Source: Candidatus Nanohaloarchaea archaeon
GTDB taxonomy: Archaea; Nanohalarchaeota; Nanosalinia; Nanosalinales; Nanosalinaceae
Length of the DNA stretch: 51,630 nt
Assembly: GCA_041639695.1 (NCBI GenBank)
Contig: JBEQBQ010000007.1
Coordinates: 1-51,630, forward strand
Direction: 5' to 3'
Below the pieces are notes generated by a model, which saw only the letters and a list, made by a program, of their open reading frames with translations, did not search any database and had not been told where the DNA came from. The translations under genes and the position numbers were made by a program. Positions 17,305 through 27,600 of this stretch are shown piece after piece; position 1 is the stretch's first letter; each line of letters opens with the position of its first letter.

Positions 17305-19911
17305 ATGGTTGAAGGAAACTACAACGCGGATGAAGTTGAAAACAAATGGCAGGAAAAATGGGAGGAAAACAAAGTTTACAGATACCAAGGAGGAAGAGAC
17401 TCAGAAAAGGAAGAGGTCTTCTCTATCGATACACCTCCCCCAACGGTATCCGGGAACCTTCACTTCGGCCATACGTATGGAAACACACTGGCTGATTTCC
17501 AGGCACGTTTCCAGAGAATGCGCGGGAAAGAAGTTTACTTCCCGTTCGGCCACGACAACAACGGCATCGCATCGGAAAGACTTACAGAAAGAGAACTAGG
17601 TATTAAGCACCAGAATTTCGAGAGAAAAGAGTTTCAGGAAAAAGTTAGAGAAGTTTGTACGAAGTACCAGAACGAGTTCGAGGAAGGAATGCGTTCGTTC
17701 GGTTTCTCTATGGACTGGGACAACACATACACAACAATTGATCCTAGAGTCCAGAAAATTTCGCAACTCTCGTTCATCGACCTGTACGAGAAAGGAAGAG
17801 AGTACAGGAAGAAAGCGCCTGCAATTTGGTGCCCTGAATGTGAGACCGCGATCAGCCAGGTCGAGACAGAGGACGACGAACAACATTCGCACTTCAACGA
17901 CATCGAGTTTCCTTTAACCGGGGGTAATGGCTCAGTTATGATCTCCACCACAAGACCAGAACTATTACCGGCTTGTGTCGCGATCTTCGTCCATCCTGAC
18001 GATGAATCAAACCAGCACCTGGTTGGAGAGACAGCAAAGGTTCCGCTTTTCGACCGTGAAGTCCCGATTATCGAGGACGAAGGGGTTGACATGGAGACCG
18101 GTACAGGAATTGTTATGTGCTGTACGTTCGGAGACCAGAACGATATTGAATGGTATCAGAAGCACGATCTCGACCTGAAGGTTGCTATTGACGAGACAGG
18201 AACCATGACAGAACTCGCAGAGAAATACGAAGGAATGAGTACCAAAGAAGCCCGGGAAGAGATTGTAGAGGATCTTAAAGCAGAGGACTACTTGATGGAT
18301 AGAAGAGATATTGATCACACGGTCCAGGTCCACGAACGCTGTGGCAGTTCCCTAGAGTTCATGGTTTCCGAGCAGTGGTACGTCAAACTCTTGGATAAGA
18401 AAGAGGAGTACCTTGAAGCCGGAAAACAGATGGACTGGAACCCTGAGAAAATGTTTACACGTTACCAGAACTGGATTGAAGGACTTCAGTGGGACTGGTG
18501 TATCTCAAGGCAGAGAGATTCGGGCATTCCTTTCCCTGTCTGGTACTGTGAAGAATGTGGCGACGAGATAATCGCCGACAAGTCCGATCTTCCGGTCGAT
18601 CCTCTAAGCGATGAGCCTCCGGTCGCTAAATGTCCTGAATGTGGGTCGACAGAGTTTGAACCTGAGGACGATGTCTTCGATACCTGGGCAACCTCCAGTC
18701 TGACACCTATGATCAACGCAGATCTCCAGTACAACCAAGAGGAAGACGAACTGGATATAAGACGTGAGGAGCTTTACCCTATGAACCTTCGTTACCAGGG
18801 ACACGACATCATTTCGTTCTGGTTGTTCCACACCGTCATCAAATGCTTAGAACATACTGGCGAGGTTCCGTTCGAGGAGGTCCAGATCAACGGCATGATC
18901 CTCGACGAGAACAGGAAGAAAATGTCCAAGTCCAAAGGAAACGTTACAACACCTGACGAAGTAACAGAGGAGTTCTCGGTTGATGCCGCACGTTACTGGA
19001 GCGCGAACGCTTCTGTCGGCGACGACCTTGCGATGAAGAAGGACGAGCTCAAGTCCGGAGAGAAACTGATGAGGAAGCTTTGGAACGCCTCGAAGCTTGT
19101 TGAACAGATCGGGAACAAGAACATGCCTGACATAGATGAGGAAGATTTGGATGAAGTCGATCGCTGGATTATCGGGGAAGCCGATCAGGCTGTTAAAGAA
19201 GTCACGGAGAAAATGGAGAACTACGACTATTCAAAAGCTCGGGACACGTTAAGGGTCGCGTTCTGGCACAAGTTCTGTGACGACTACCTTGAGATCGCGA
19301 AGCAGAGGCTTGACGAAGAAACCAGTCTTTCTACGGTTTACGCTTTGAAGGTTGCGCACAAGAAGTTCCTGAAAATGTTCGCGCCTTTCATGCCGCACAT
19401 CACCGAGGAAATCTGGAGAGAGATGTATTCAGATTCTTCAATCCATAGAAGTGACTGGCCTGAGACAGAGGACGTTGAGGCAGAGCTTCAGAAAGGGGAG
19501 AATGCGATGGAGGTCATTTCTGCATTAAGGAAGTACAAGACTCAGAACCAGATGTCTCCAACCGCCGAAATCGAAACGGTTAAGGTCTTCGGAGAGATAG
19601 GAGGATTCACGGATGCGATAAAAGGAGTTATGCACGTTGAGAACCTTGAAATTCTCTCCAAGGAGCCTGAGACAGAGAAACAGATCGTTGAGATCAAGCT
19701 GGACTACTCGAAGGCAGGACCTAAGTTCGGCGACTCGATAGGTGAGATAGAAGACGCTTTAGAAGAAAACAACTGGCATATCGACGCAGGAATGCTTGAA
19801 GCCGCAGACCACCACATACCTGCCGAGATGTACGAGGTACACGAAGAAAGAACCTACAAGGGAGATGGCGAGATGATCGAGACAGAGAACTCGGTCGTCA
19901 TCGTCCAATAA
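17305..19911 (+). CDS. valS: Valyl-tRNA synthetase
   Basis: DTPPPTVSGNLHFGH, TTRPEL, DWCISRQR, KMSKS, anticodon-binding domain. Confidence 0.97.
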   Translation: MVEGNYNADEVENKWQEKWEENKVYRYQGGRDSEKEEVFSIDTPPPTVSGNLHFGHTYGNTLADFQARFQRMRGKEVYFPFGHDNNGIASERLTERELGIKHQNFERKEFQEKVREVCTKYQNEFEEGMRSFGFSMDWDNTYTTIDPRVQKISQLSFIDLYEKGREYRKKAPAIWCPECETAISQVETEDDEQHSHFNDIEFPLTGGNGSVMISTTRPELLPACVAIFVHPDDESNQHLVGETAKVPLFDREVPIIEDEGVDMETGTGIVMCCTFGDQNDIEWYQKHDLDLKVAIDETGTMTELAEKYEGMSTKEAREEIVEDLKAEDYLMDRRDIDHTVQVHERCGSSLEFMVSEQWYVKLLDKKEEYLEAGKQMDWNPEKMFTRYQNWIEGLQWDWCISRQRDSGIPFPVWYCEECGDEIIADKSDLPVDPLSDEPPVAKCPECGSTEFEPEDDVFDTWATSSLTPMINADLQYNQEEDELDIRREELYPMNLRYQGHDIISFWLFHTVIKCLEHTGEVPFEEVQINGMILDENRKKMSKSKGNVTTPDEVTEEFSVDAARYWSANASVGDDLAMKKDELKSGEKLMRKLWNASKLVEQIGNKNMPDIDEEDLDEVDRWIIGEADQAVKEVTEKMENYDYSKARDTLRVAFWHKFCDDYLEIAKQRLDEETSLSTVYALKVAHKKFLKMFAPFMPHITEEIWREMYSDSSIHRSDWPETEDVEAELQKGENAMEVISALRKYKTQNQMSPTAEIETVKVFGEIGGFTDAIKGVMHVENLEILSKEPETEKQIVEIKLDYSKAGPKFGDSIGEIEDALEENNWHIDAGMLEAADHHIPAEMYEVHEERTYKGDGEMIETENSVVIVQ

Positions 19912-19974
19912 TTTTTCCTTTTCTACTTTTCCTTCCAAACAACTGGTTAAAGCTTCCGTCACTAAATTCTTTCT

Positions 19975-20751
19975 ATGACATCCGAAAACGCGATGCGTGT
20001 AGGGCTTTCACTCGGCCCCGATGGAGACCTTATCGAAAACCTTGAGATGGCAGAAGACATGGACTTCGTTGAATTTGGTCTAGGTGAAGGAGAAAGACTT
20101 CAGGAAGAAATAGATACTGAAGAAGTCAACGAAAAGCTGGAAGAACTTGATCTCGACCTGGTCGTCCACCTTCCCTTCAGACAGGTCTTGGCCACAGCGG
20201 TACCAGAACTAAACAAATCGATACTAGAATACCATGATAGACTGCTCGAGTTTTCAGAGGAAATGGGTGCGGAGAAAGCGGTTGTGCACGTAGACACTAG
20301 AGGAAAGCACGAAGAGATCGAGGAAGAGCTTATAGTTGAGCAGATCGAGAAGCTGGACGAACTTGGAAAGGAGCATGGAATAGAGATCGTGTTTGAGAAT
20401 CTTGGACACTGGAGAGGCATAGAGCTCGAAGAACTAGGTCCTATGCTTGAAGAACTTGGTGTCTCTATGTGTTTCGATACAGGTCATGCCTTTTCCGAAG
20501 TTGGACAGGAAGAGGTCGAGGAATTTCTGGAAGAATACTCGCATCTAGTCTCGCATATCCACTTCACTGATACACGGGAAGGTAGGGACATGCATCTTCC
20601 TATCGGTTCTTCAGAAGTCGGCTTCGAAGGAATGATCGAGAAGTTCGATAATTTCGAGGGCACGAGCTGTATGGAGATCTTTACAGAGGATCCGGATTAC
20701 ATCCAATTATCAAAGTGGAAGGTAGAGGAGTTATTTGGAGATGAAGAGTGA
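19975..20751 (+). CDS. Sugar-phosphate isomerase/epimerase (AP endonuclease 2) TIM-barrel protein
   Basis: VHLP, VVH, FENL, CFDTGHA, HIHFTD..DMHLPIG, MEIF. Confidence 0.85.
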   Translation: MTSENAMRVGLSLGPDGDLIENLEMAEDMDFVEFGLGEGERLQEEIDTEEVNEKLEELDLDLVVHLPFRQVLATAVPELNKSILEYHDRLLEFSEEMGAEKAVVHVDTRGKHEEIEEELIVEQIEKLDELGKEHGIEIVFENLGHWRGIELEELGPMLEELGVSMCFDTGHAFSEVGQEEVEEFLEEYSHLVSHIHFTDTREGRDMHLPIGSSEVGFEGMIEKFDNFEGTSCMEIFTEDPDYIQLSKWKVEELFGDEE

Positions 20752-20756
20752 TTCAA

Positions 20757-20775
20757 GGAGAGGTTTTTCCTCTCC
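20757..20775. terminator. Hairpin between convergent genes
   Basis: GGAGAGG-TTTTT-CCTCTCC perfect 7-bp stem just after the stop at 20751. Confidence 0.45.
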
Positions 20776-20876
20776 AGATTCAACTTTTTATCTCTGAGTC
20801 TTTCTAATTGATGTCTACATTATGTATTGAATGAGATTCTGTGCTCTGACCTCGTAATCATGAATTATTTAATTAA

Positions 20877-21545
20877 TCAGTTAATTTTTTCCACTATACA
20901 CCTATATCCTGTCCCATAAGTATCGTTACTGGTCTTAAGCTGGATATAACCTCCGCTTAGACGAATATGATTGCTATCTCCCTGGTAAAGGTTGAGAGAA
21001 GAACCATCTTTGACATGGCCCCTAAATATTGTTTGAATTTTATCAGCGGCACCTATACCTCCCCTAATAAACACTGTGTTCGTTGAACTTACCTTGATGA
21101 CATCGTACCATGTGCCAGTGCTATCAAGACTTCCGTTAACTGCTGATATCTCAGCTCTTGATAAATTCCCTGCGTTTAAGGTCCCAGAGACATTATAATT
21201 CAGTGAATTTGTACTTATTTGGGAGATGTTAGATAGGTCATTTGAACCGAAGTTTAATTTGGTCTCAGTAAAATCAATACCAGAACCTCCACTGACACCG
21301 TTTTTGGTCAGTTTAAGTCCGGAAGCGGATGCCAAACCCATCGCTCCTATACTTGCAGCTCCTGCACCGATTTTCTTCAAGAAACTTCGTCTAGAGAGCT
21401 CTTCGTTATTTTCACTTTCCTGGACAGGGATTGATTCAATCTTTCTCTTTAATTTATTTTTCTCCTTCCTAAGCTCTTGGTTTTCAGCCTTTAATTGCTC
21501 CATCTCCTTTTCCAGTTTCTCAAGTCTTTCAGCTAAATTATCCAT
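20877..21545 (-). CDS. Coiled-coil + internal twin-arginine signal protein with a beta-rich exported domain
   Basis: Heptad coiled coil (aa 1-38), SRRSFLK at about aa 51, hydrophobic stretch, ASA site. Confidence 0.75.
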   Translation of the reverse strand: MDNLAERLEKLEKEMEQLKAENQELRKEKNKLKRKIESIPVQESENNEELSRRSFLKKIGAGAASIGAMGLASASGLKLTKNGVSGGSGIDFTETKLNFGSNDLSNISQISTNSLNYNVSGTLNAGNLSRAEISAVNGSLDSTGTWYDVIKVSSTNTVFIRGGIGAADKIQTIFRGHVKDGSSLNLYQGDSNHIRLSGGYIQLKTSNDTYGTGYRCIVEKIN

Positions 21546-21677
21546 GAAAAATACTTCACGCTCCGGAATAAAATTGTATTCCTGTTATAACTTCAGAATT
21601 CTGGTTTTTACAGGGATTCGGAGGGGTCGCCATCCAAAGCGATTTCTAGGATTGAATGCCACATTAAACCGGGCAAC

Positions 21678-22772
21678 CTACTTTTTTCTTACAACCTCTT
21701 TGTTCTCCTTTCCTTCTCTAACTCCTGTAACCCGGTAATCAAAACCTACATTAGATTCATGAGGTCCCTCTACCTTAAAACCAGACCTTGTTCTCTGCGT
21801 AACACCTAGGCTTCCGGGAACATAGTCACGAGGCGTTATCTGGATTAGAAGTTCAGGAGCGCTTTCTGAGACAACTTTAGTGAAATGGTTTGGCAGATCT
21901 ACCTCCGCAGTTCCGTTTTCAAGCCTTTCAGTTCCTTCAACTACCGCCCGTGCATCTGGAGATTCTTGAGATGTATAGACTGCGTTATAAGTAGAGTTAA
22001 TCTTCTGTACAAAGTTTTTGGTATTTGCGTTGAGGGTTCCTACGTTGAGACGCATCGAGGGACTGTCGCCGCTGTTTCCTGTATCATGAATTACTTCTCC
22101 GACTATATTAGATTGGTCAATCTCTTTGAAGTCAAAATTACCCCATGTGGCATATTCTATTGTTATTGGAGTGCTTGTATAGCTATCAGCCCTAACGTAG
22201 AGATAATGAGTATCGTAGTCAGTTGAAGTATCTCGAGTTACCAAGAAGTCAACGGTATCGCTATATGAGGTCGTGCCTGTAACTTTGTGTTCATAGTTGT
22301 AGTTATCACGGATGAACTTGCCTCTCAAGGTTACCGATCTATGCTCAGAGCTTGCTGCTCTTGTTGAGGCCCGGATATGAGCTTTGAAGTCTGCTCTCTG
22401 ACCTCCTGTAATCTCACCTATCTTAAAGTAATCGGTGCTGGATCCTCCCCCTGCCCAGAATGTTCTCGTTCTCATTGCGAATTCACTGCGGTTAAGATTG
22501 TCAAGAAGGTCAGCATCCATCTCGCTTCCAGGACCATCATCGCTCTCAGACCAATTAACATTCAGGAGAGCATTATCTGAAAGATCGAGATCGCCACTCA
22601 TAGACGAACTACCATCCAGCGGCAGATAGTTAGTTGGCGAAAAGATACCTTGATGCCAGAAGCTATTACCGTTTTTATAGACGTTATCAGATGTGATTTT
22701 GACGGCTCCAGACGAGACTGTTAAGCCAAAAACCAGAAATATCAGAACCACCAGAGTTTTCTTCGAGAGCAT
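21678..22772 (-). CDS. Secreted phage-tail-fibre-like protein with C-terminal chaperone-like domain
   Basis: Sec signal; GNSFWHQG..YLPLDG..MSGDL and DGPGSEMDADLLD fibre motifs; KNFV..ESP..ENGTAEVDLP.HF..QITP..FDYRVTGVR C-domain. Confidence 0.7.
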   Translation of the reverse strand: MLSKKTLVVLIFLVFGLTVSSGAVKITSDNVYKNGNSFWHQGIFSPTNYLPLDGSSSMSGDLDLSDNALLNVNWSESDDGPGSEMDADLLDNLNRSEFAMRTRTFWAGGGSSTDYFKIGEITGGQRADFKAHIRASTRAASSEHRSVTLRGKFIRDNYNYEHKVTGTTSYSDTVDFLVTRDTSTDYDTHYLYVRADSYTSTPITIEYATWGNFDFKEIDQSNIVGEVIHDTGNSGDSPSMRLNVGTLNANTKNFVQKINSTYNAVYTSQESPDARAVVEGTERLENGTAEVDLPNHFTKVVSESAPELLIQITPRDYVPGSLGVTQRTRSGFKVEGPHESNVGFDYRVTGVREGKENKEVVRKK

Positions 22773-22849
22773 ACAAAGATATTCGCTGCGTGGAATAAAA
22801 ACCTGTAGTCAGGTTATCTGTTAAAAGAATTTATCACGAATCCCGAACT

Positions 22850-24097
22850 ATGACAGACCCAAACCAAAACGACGATGTCGGAATGAACAAGTACCAGCTG
22901 AAGAAGCTGGTGAACAAGCTTGAAGATATTAGAGGTAGGAACACCGAGCTTGTCTCGCTTTACATTCCCGCTGGCTACGATATGTCAAAGATCTCGGAGT
23001 TCGTAACTTCGGAGCAGAGTGAAGCAGAGAACATCAAGTCGAAACATACGAGAACTAATGTCCAAGACGCTCTAGGTAAGATAGGCAGGAAGGTTCAGGA
23101 AGAGCATGAGACGCCGGAGAACGGTGTTGCTTTCTTCGCAGGAAACGTTTCGGATACTCAAGGACGTCCGGACATCAAGATCTGGGAGGTCGTGCCGCCA
23201 CAACCGATTGAGTCCAGGCATTACCGGTGTGACAAGGAGTTTGTTCTTGAGCCTTTGAAGCAGATGATCGTGGATGACTCGGTCTACGGTTTGATTGTCT
23301 GCGACAAGAACGAGGCCGCAATAGGCTACCTACAGGGAAACTCGATCAAGACAGCTTACACATTAGACTCTGAAGTGCCAGGTAAAACGAGGGCAGGAGG
23401 CCAGTCTGCCCAGAGATTCGCACGTTTGCGTAAAGAGATGTTGAAGTCTTTCCTTGGAGAGATCGCTGACAAGTCACAGACCGCGTTCCTTGACAAAGCA
23501 AGGGATGACAAATTGCTCGGTATTATTGTCGGAGGACCGGGATTTGTGAAGGACAAGCTTCTGGATGACGACTACTTACACCAAGAACTTCAGGACAAAG
23601 TTATTACTAGAGAAAGCCTAGGACATTCAGGAGAAGGAGCTTTGAAAGAGCTTGTAAATAGGGCAGAAGAATCTATCGAGGACTCTCAAGCTGTTCTTGA
23701 GAAGCAGGAGGTTCAAAGGTTCTTCAAGAACTTGAAAGAAGAGAACGGTAAATCCGAGTACGGACTTGAACCGGTCATAAAGGCTTTGAAGATGGGTGCT
23801 GTCGATACGGTGCTTATTTCAGAAGACTATGACATGTTCGAAGCCAAGTACGAATGTGATAATGGGCATGAGAAGACTGTTTTCGAGGAAGAAGCTGAGA
23901 TAGATGATTCGATCGATTGTGACGAATGTGGCGAGGAGATGAATTTGGAAGAGCTTTCCGATATTATTGATGTTGTGGCTGAGAAGGCCGAGGAGATGAG
24001 TTCCGACATGGAGATAATTTCTACCGACCACGAGGAAGGTCAGAGGCTGATGAACATGGGAGGTATTGCGGCAGTTCTGAGATACAGGATTAGATAA
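22850..24097 (+). CDS. prf1: Peptide chain release factor aRF1
   Basis: TELVSLYIP, NIKS, YRCD, GGQSAQRF, GGIAAVLRY. Confidence 0.98.
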   Translation: MTDPNQNDDVGMNKYQLKKLVNKLEDIRGRNTELVSLYIPAGYDMSKISEFVTSEQSEAENIKSKHTRTNVQDALGKIGRKVQEEHETPENGVAFFAGNVSDTQGRPDIKIWEVVPPQPIESRHYRCDKEFVLEPLKQMIVDDSVYGLIVCDKNEAAIGYLQGNSIKTAYTLDSEVPGKTRAGGQSAQRFARLRKEMLKSFLGEIADKSQTAFLDKARDDKLLGIIVGGPGFVKDKLLDDDYLHQELQDKVITRESLGHSGEGALKELVNRAEESIEDSQAVLEKQEVQRFFKNLKEENGKSEYGLEPVIKALKMGAVDTVLISEDYDMFEAKYECDNGHEKTVFEEEAEIDDSIDCDECGEEMNLEELSDIIDVVAEKAEEMSSDMEIISTDHEEGQRLMNMGGIAAVLRYRIR

Positions 24098-24129
24098 GCC
24101 CTTAAATCTCCAACAAAAACTCTTTTTGC

Positions 24130-24684
24130 ATGGACTTTGATATTAAAGGAGTAGAACTAGAAGATAACCACTACGTTATCAAACAGTCTCTTTACAGAAA
24201 CAAGTACCGAGTTGAAGATAAATCCGGCAACACTGTCCTTAAAACAAAGCAGAAGCTTTTCAAGGTGAAGGAAGAGTTCCCCTTCACTGATAATAATGAC
24301 AACACAGTTTTCAGGATCAAAGCCCAAAACTTGATGGATATAGCGGGAGACTATGCATTAATTGACGAAGAAACCGGTGAAACGTTTGCAACTCTTGAGA
24401 AGAAGTTCACTTTTTTCAAACATGACTGGAAAGTAAAGGATTCGGAAGGTCAAGAGATAGCAAGGATTGAGAGCCAAAGCTTCGGACTTGAAGTACTTCG
24501 CTCATTCGTTGGAATCCTGAACCTGATACCACAGAAGTATGATATATCAAGAGGAGAAAAGAAGATAGGAAGTCTTAACGGAAGATTTAAGCTGAGGGAT
24601 GTCTATGATCTAAAGTTTGACGAGAAAGTTTCAGAGCCTTTGATCGCTGCAGCGATCGCGGTTGACGCTTTGGAGCATAACTAG
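24130..24684 (+). CDS. LURP-one/Tubby-C2 (scramblase-like) protein
   Basis: KQKLFKVKEE, DIAGDY, KKFTFFK..W, AAAIAVDALE pattern. Confidence 0.75.
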   Translation: MDFDIKGVELEDNHYVIKQSLYRNKYRVEDKSGNTVLKTKQKLFKVKEEFPFTDNNDNTVFRIKAQNLMDIAGDYALIDEETGETFATLEKKFTFFKHDWKVKDSEGQEIARIESQSFGLEVLRSFVGILNLIPQKYDISRGEKKIGSLNGRFKLRDVYDLKFDEKVSEPLIAAAIAVDALEHN

Positions 24685-27600
24685 AGCTCTGACTCTAGTT
24701 CCTCCATTATTTTCTCCGCCTTCGAATATTTACCAAGCCTCATAGCTTTCTGAGCATGTTCTACCTTCACCATCGAATCCTTCGGAAGTTTTCCGCCACC
24801 CTGTAGATTCTCTTTCATCTCTGAAGTGATCTGTTCAATTTTCTTTCTCAAACTTCTTCTCTTGTGTATCCTGAATCCTATATATCCAGCGGATCCGAAC
24901 AGCACAAGTAACAATATACTGACTACAGGCAAGACTAGGCTCTGCGGTCTCTGTGATGGGTCGGAGCTTTTCTTTTCAGTTCTATTTACCGTCGACTGCT
25001 TTTTGGCGGGAGAATTATTTATCTCTTGTAACCCTATCGCGAACTCAGTTGGTGCCGACAGTGCTGCACTGAAATATGTTTCATCTGGTTCTTCCACTAG
25101 TTTCTTTGAATCCGTACTTTCCCAGCCTTGTCTCCGATCATAGACATTCAGATTTGAATTGTTCAGGACATTACTACCGACCGAGAAGTTTATTCTGAAA
25201 CGGCTGTTCTGTAGACTCGAGTCAAGATTGTAAGCCTTAAGTATCCTGAAATCGTTCACTTCAAACGCCTGTCTTTTTATGGTAAGGTTCATCCTACTCT
25301 CACTACTCGATGTGATCAAAGTTATCGAATCAAGTCCTTCCAAGCCTTCAAGGTCCAATTTCTTGTTTCTAGTTATGTTGATATTTCTGAAAACCGCTTG
25401 ATCGTTTTCGACCGTTCTCTCTTCCTTGATCTGGGTTTCCGCCTGTTGTTGGGAAGTTGATAGACCTGTGGCGCCGCCTCCGGACGATCCTCCGCCACCC
25501 CCCGAACCACCAGAATCGCCGGAGGAATCAGTAGAGCTCTCGGTTTCTTTTACAACGGAGTAGGCTGAGAAGCTTGAGATGTTGGCTTTAGCTGTACCTG
25601 AACTGAAATCTGCATCGCTGACTTCCTGCCAATCAGAACCACAATTTTCGGAACTAAATTCCCAGTCGCCACATCTAAGCAGTTTAGGATTCTCGATCTC
25701 AGTATAGTTTATCTCGAGTTCTGCTTCTGAGAAGTTTAGATCTGTCTTCGCTGCCAAGACCTCCTTGAACTCCGTGTTTTCCCTTTCGAGTTTGTTAGTT
25801 GATACCTTTTCTGACCAGTTAACTGTAGCGTTAGTATTTCTCGATAAGTTAATTTTTTTCAGGACGGCCTTTGAACTGTTACCTATCTCCAAGCTCCATA
25901 TTCCTTCTGGAACTTCTTCTGTGGTATTGGAGACTCCGGACTTGTTTGCTGTGTAGTTCTTAGTAAACAACTTGTAATCAGTCTTTGTTTTGTTCTCGCC
26001 GTCGGAGAAGTTTAAAGTTAGGTTAACAGGTTTTCTTACCTCGAAGTCTCTTTCAACAGATGTTTTTCTTGAGTAGGTGTCGTTTACCTTAATTTCAACA
26101 GTATAGTTTCCTATCTGTTGGGTCGAGTTAAATAGCTCTGTAACCTTGAAACTTGTCGGATAAGGATTGTTCTCAGGTTTATTTAGGTATCTTGTAATGC
26201 TCGTGGAGTTAGGATATGTGATGTTTAGACTAAAGGAGTCAGGAGTTTCTTCTTTAACATTATAACCAATTTTAACTGTATCATTAACCTTGTACAGATC
26301 TCTTGGGTTTGCTCTGTTTATAGAGGGCGGAAGATTCTCTATAGTAAAGAAAGCGCTTCCAAAGTACGTGTTATTGAATTTATCCGTTGCATTTATTGAT
26401 AAATTTGCTTTACCAGGCTTTAGATTAAGTTTTGAGTAGTAAAAAGTTGAGTTCTCCCGGTTGAAGCTTCTTTCTGTTCCGTTGATGAATAGTTGTGCGG
26501 ATTTAAGGCCTTCTGTAGAGGTCATATTGGCCCAGAGAACCTCCGTATTGTATGTAGTGTTATCAATCGTCCTTATAATGGGTGAAGGAGGAGTATCATC
26601 TATAATAAAAGAGTCTGAAAGTTTCCCAAGATTTCCTGCCTCATCCATAACGTAGTAGGTTGTATTGTACTTAGTTTCGTTGAAGCTTACCGTCTGATTA
26701 TAGAAAAAGCTATTATTCCGGATAAGACTGTAGTTGGCTACTTTCTCGCCTGCTATATACTCTTCATATGATTGGAGTTCGGCTTTCGCCCATTTAATCG
26801 AGCTGTTGTCCTTGACAGAGATATTTATCTCGCCGAATATTTCGCTGTAATTGCCTTTAGGAGCATTAACAGTTATCTCAGGTTTCTTCGAGTCTACAGT
26901 AAAGCTGGCGTTCGCTTTATCAGTATTACCTTTAGGATCAGTAGCATAGACGGTTAAATTGTAAGAGCTGTCTTCCAAGTTCAGAGAAGTGTTTCCATTA
27001 ACTGTTTGGTTTCCTGAACCAAGGTTGTACTTTACTGTGGCGTTCTGATCAACCCAGTAGTTAAGATCTAAACTACCGGAATATGACGTATTACCGGGCG
27101 AGTAAAGCTTGATTTCTGGCACTGTGTCTACTGTGAAGCTTCTGTTAGTTGAGTTGAGGTTACGATGCTCGTCTTCAGAATACAACTTAATGTCATGGGA
27201 GCCTTCAGAGAACTCGAATGACTTATTTTCTGTTATAGTTGTGTTGCCGAACCCTTTGTTGTAAAATGCGCGGTCAGCATTCTTAGTGGAATAGTTTAGG
27301 TCGATTATATCCGTCGAATATGCCTTGTTTTCAGGGCTGTATAACCATAGCTTTGGCGGTTCAGTATCAACCGAGAAGTACCTTGTTGAGGAGTTCCAAC
27401 CGCCGGTAGAATGTTTCACGTAGAAACTTACATTATGGCTTCCATCCACGACATCCTGCTTTTTGAAAAAGTGAGTCTGAGAATCATTTTCCATAGATTT
27501 GTTTGAGCCTCCATCAATCGAGTAAACAGCTTTCTCAATATCGATATCCGTTGAGACGTTAAAGTAGATCGACTTATTCGTGTATGTTTTGTTGTCAGGA

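Noticed and set aside
20877-22772. Prophage
   Set aside because: No capsid, terminase, portal or integrase genes; both proteins carry export signals
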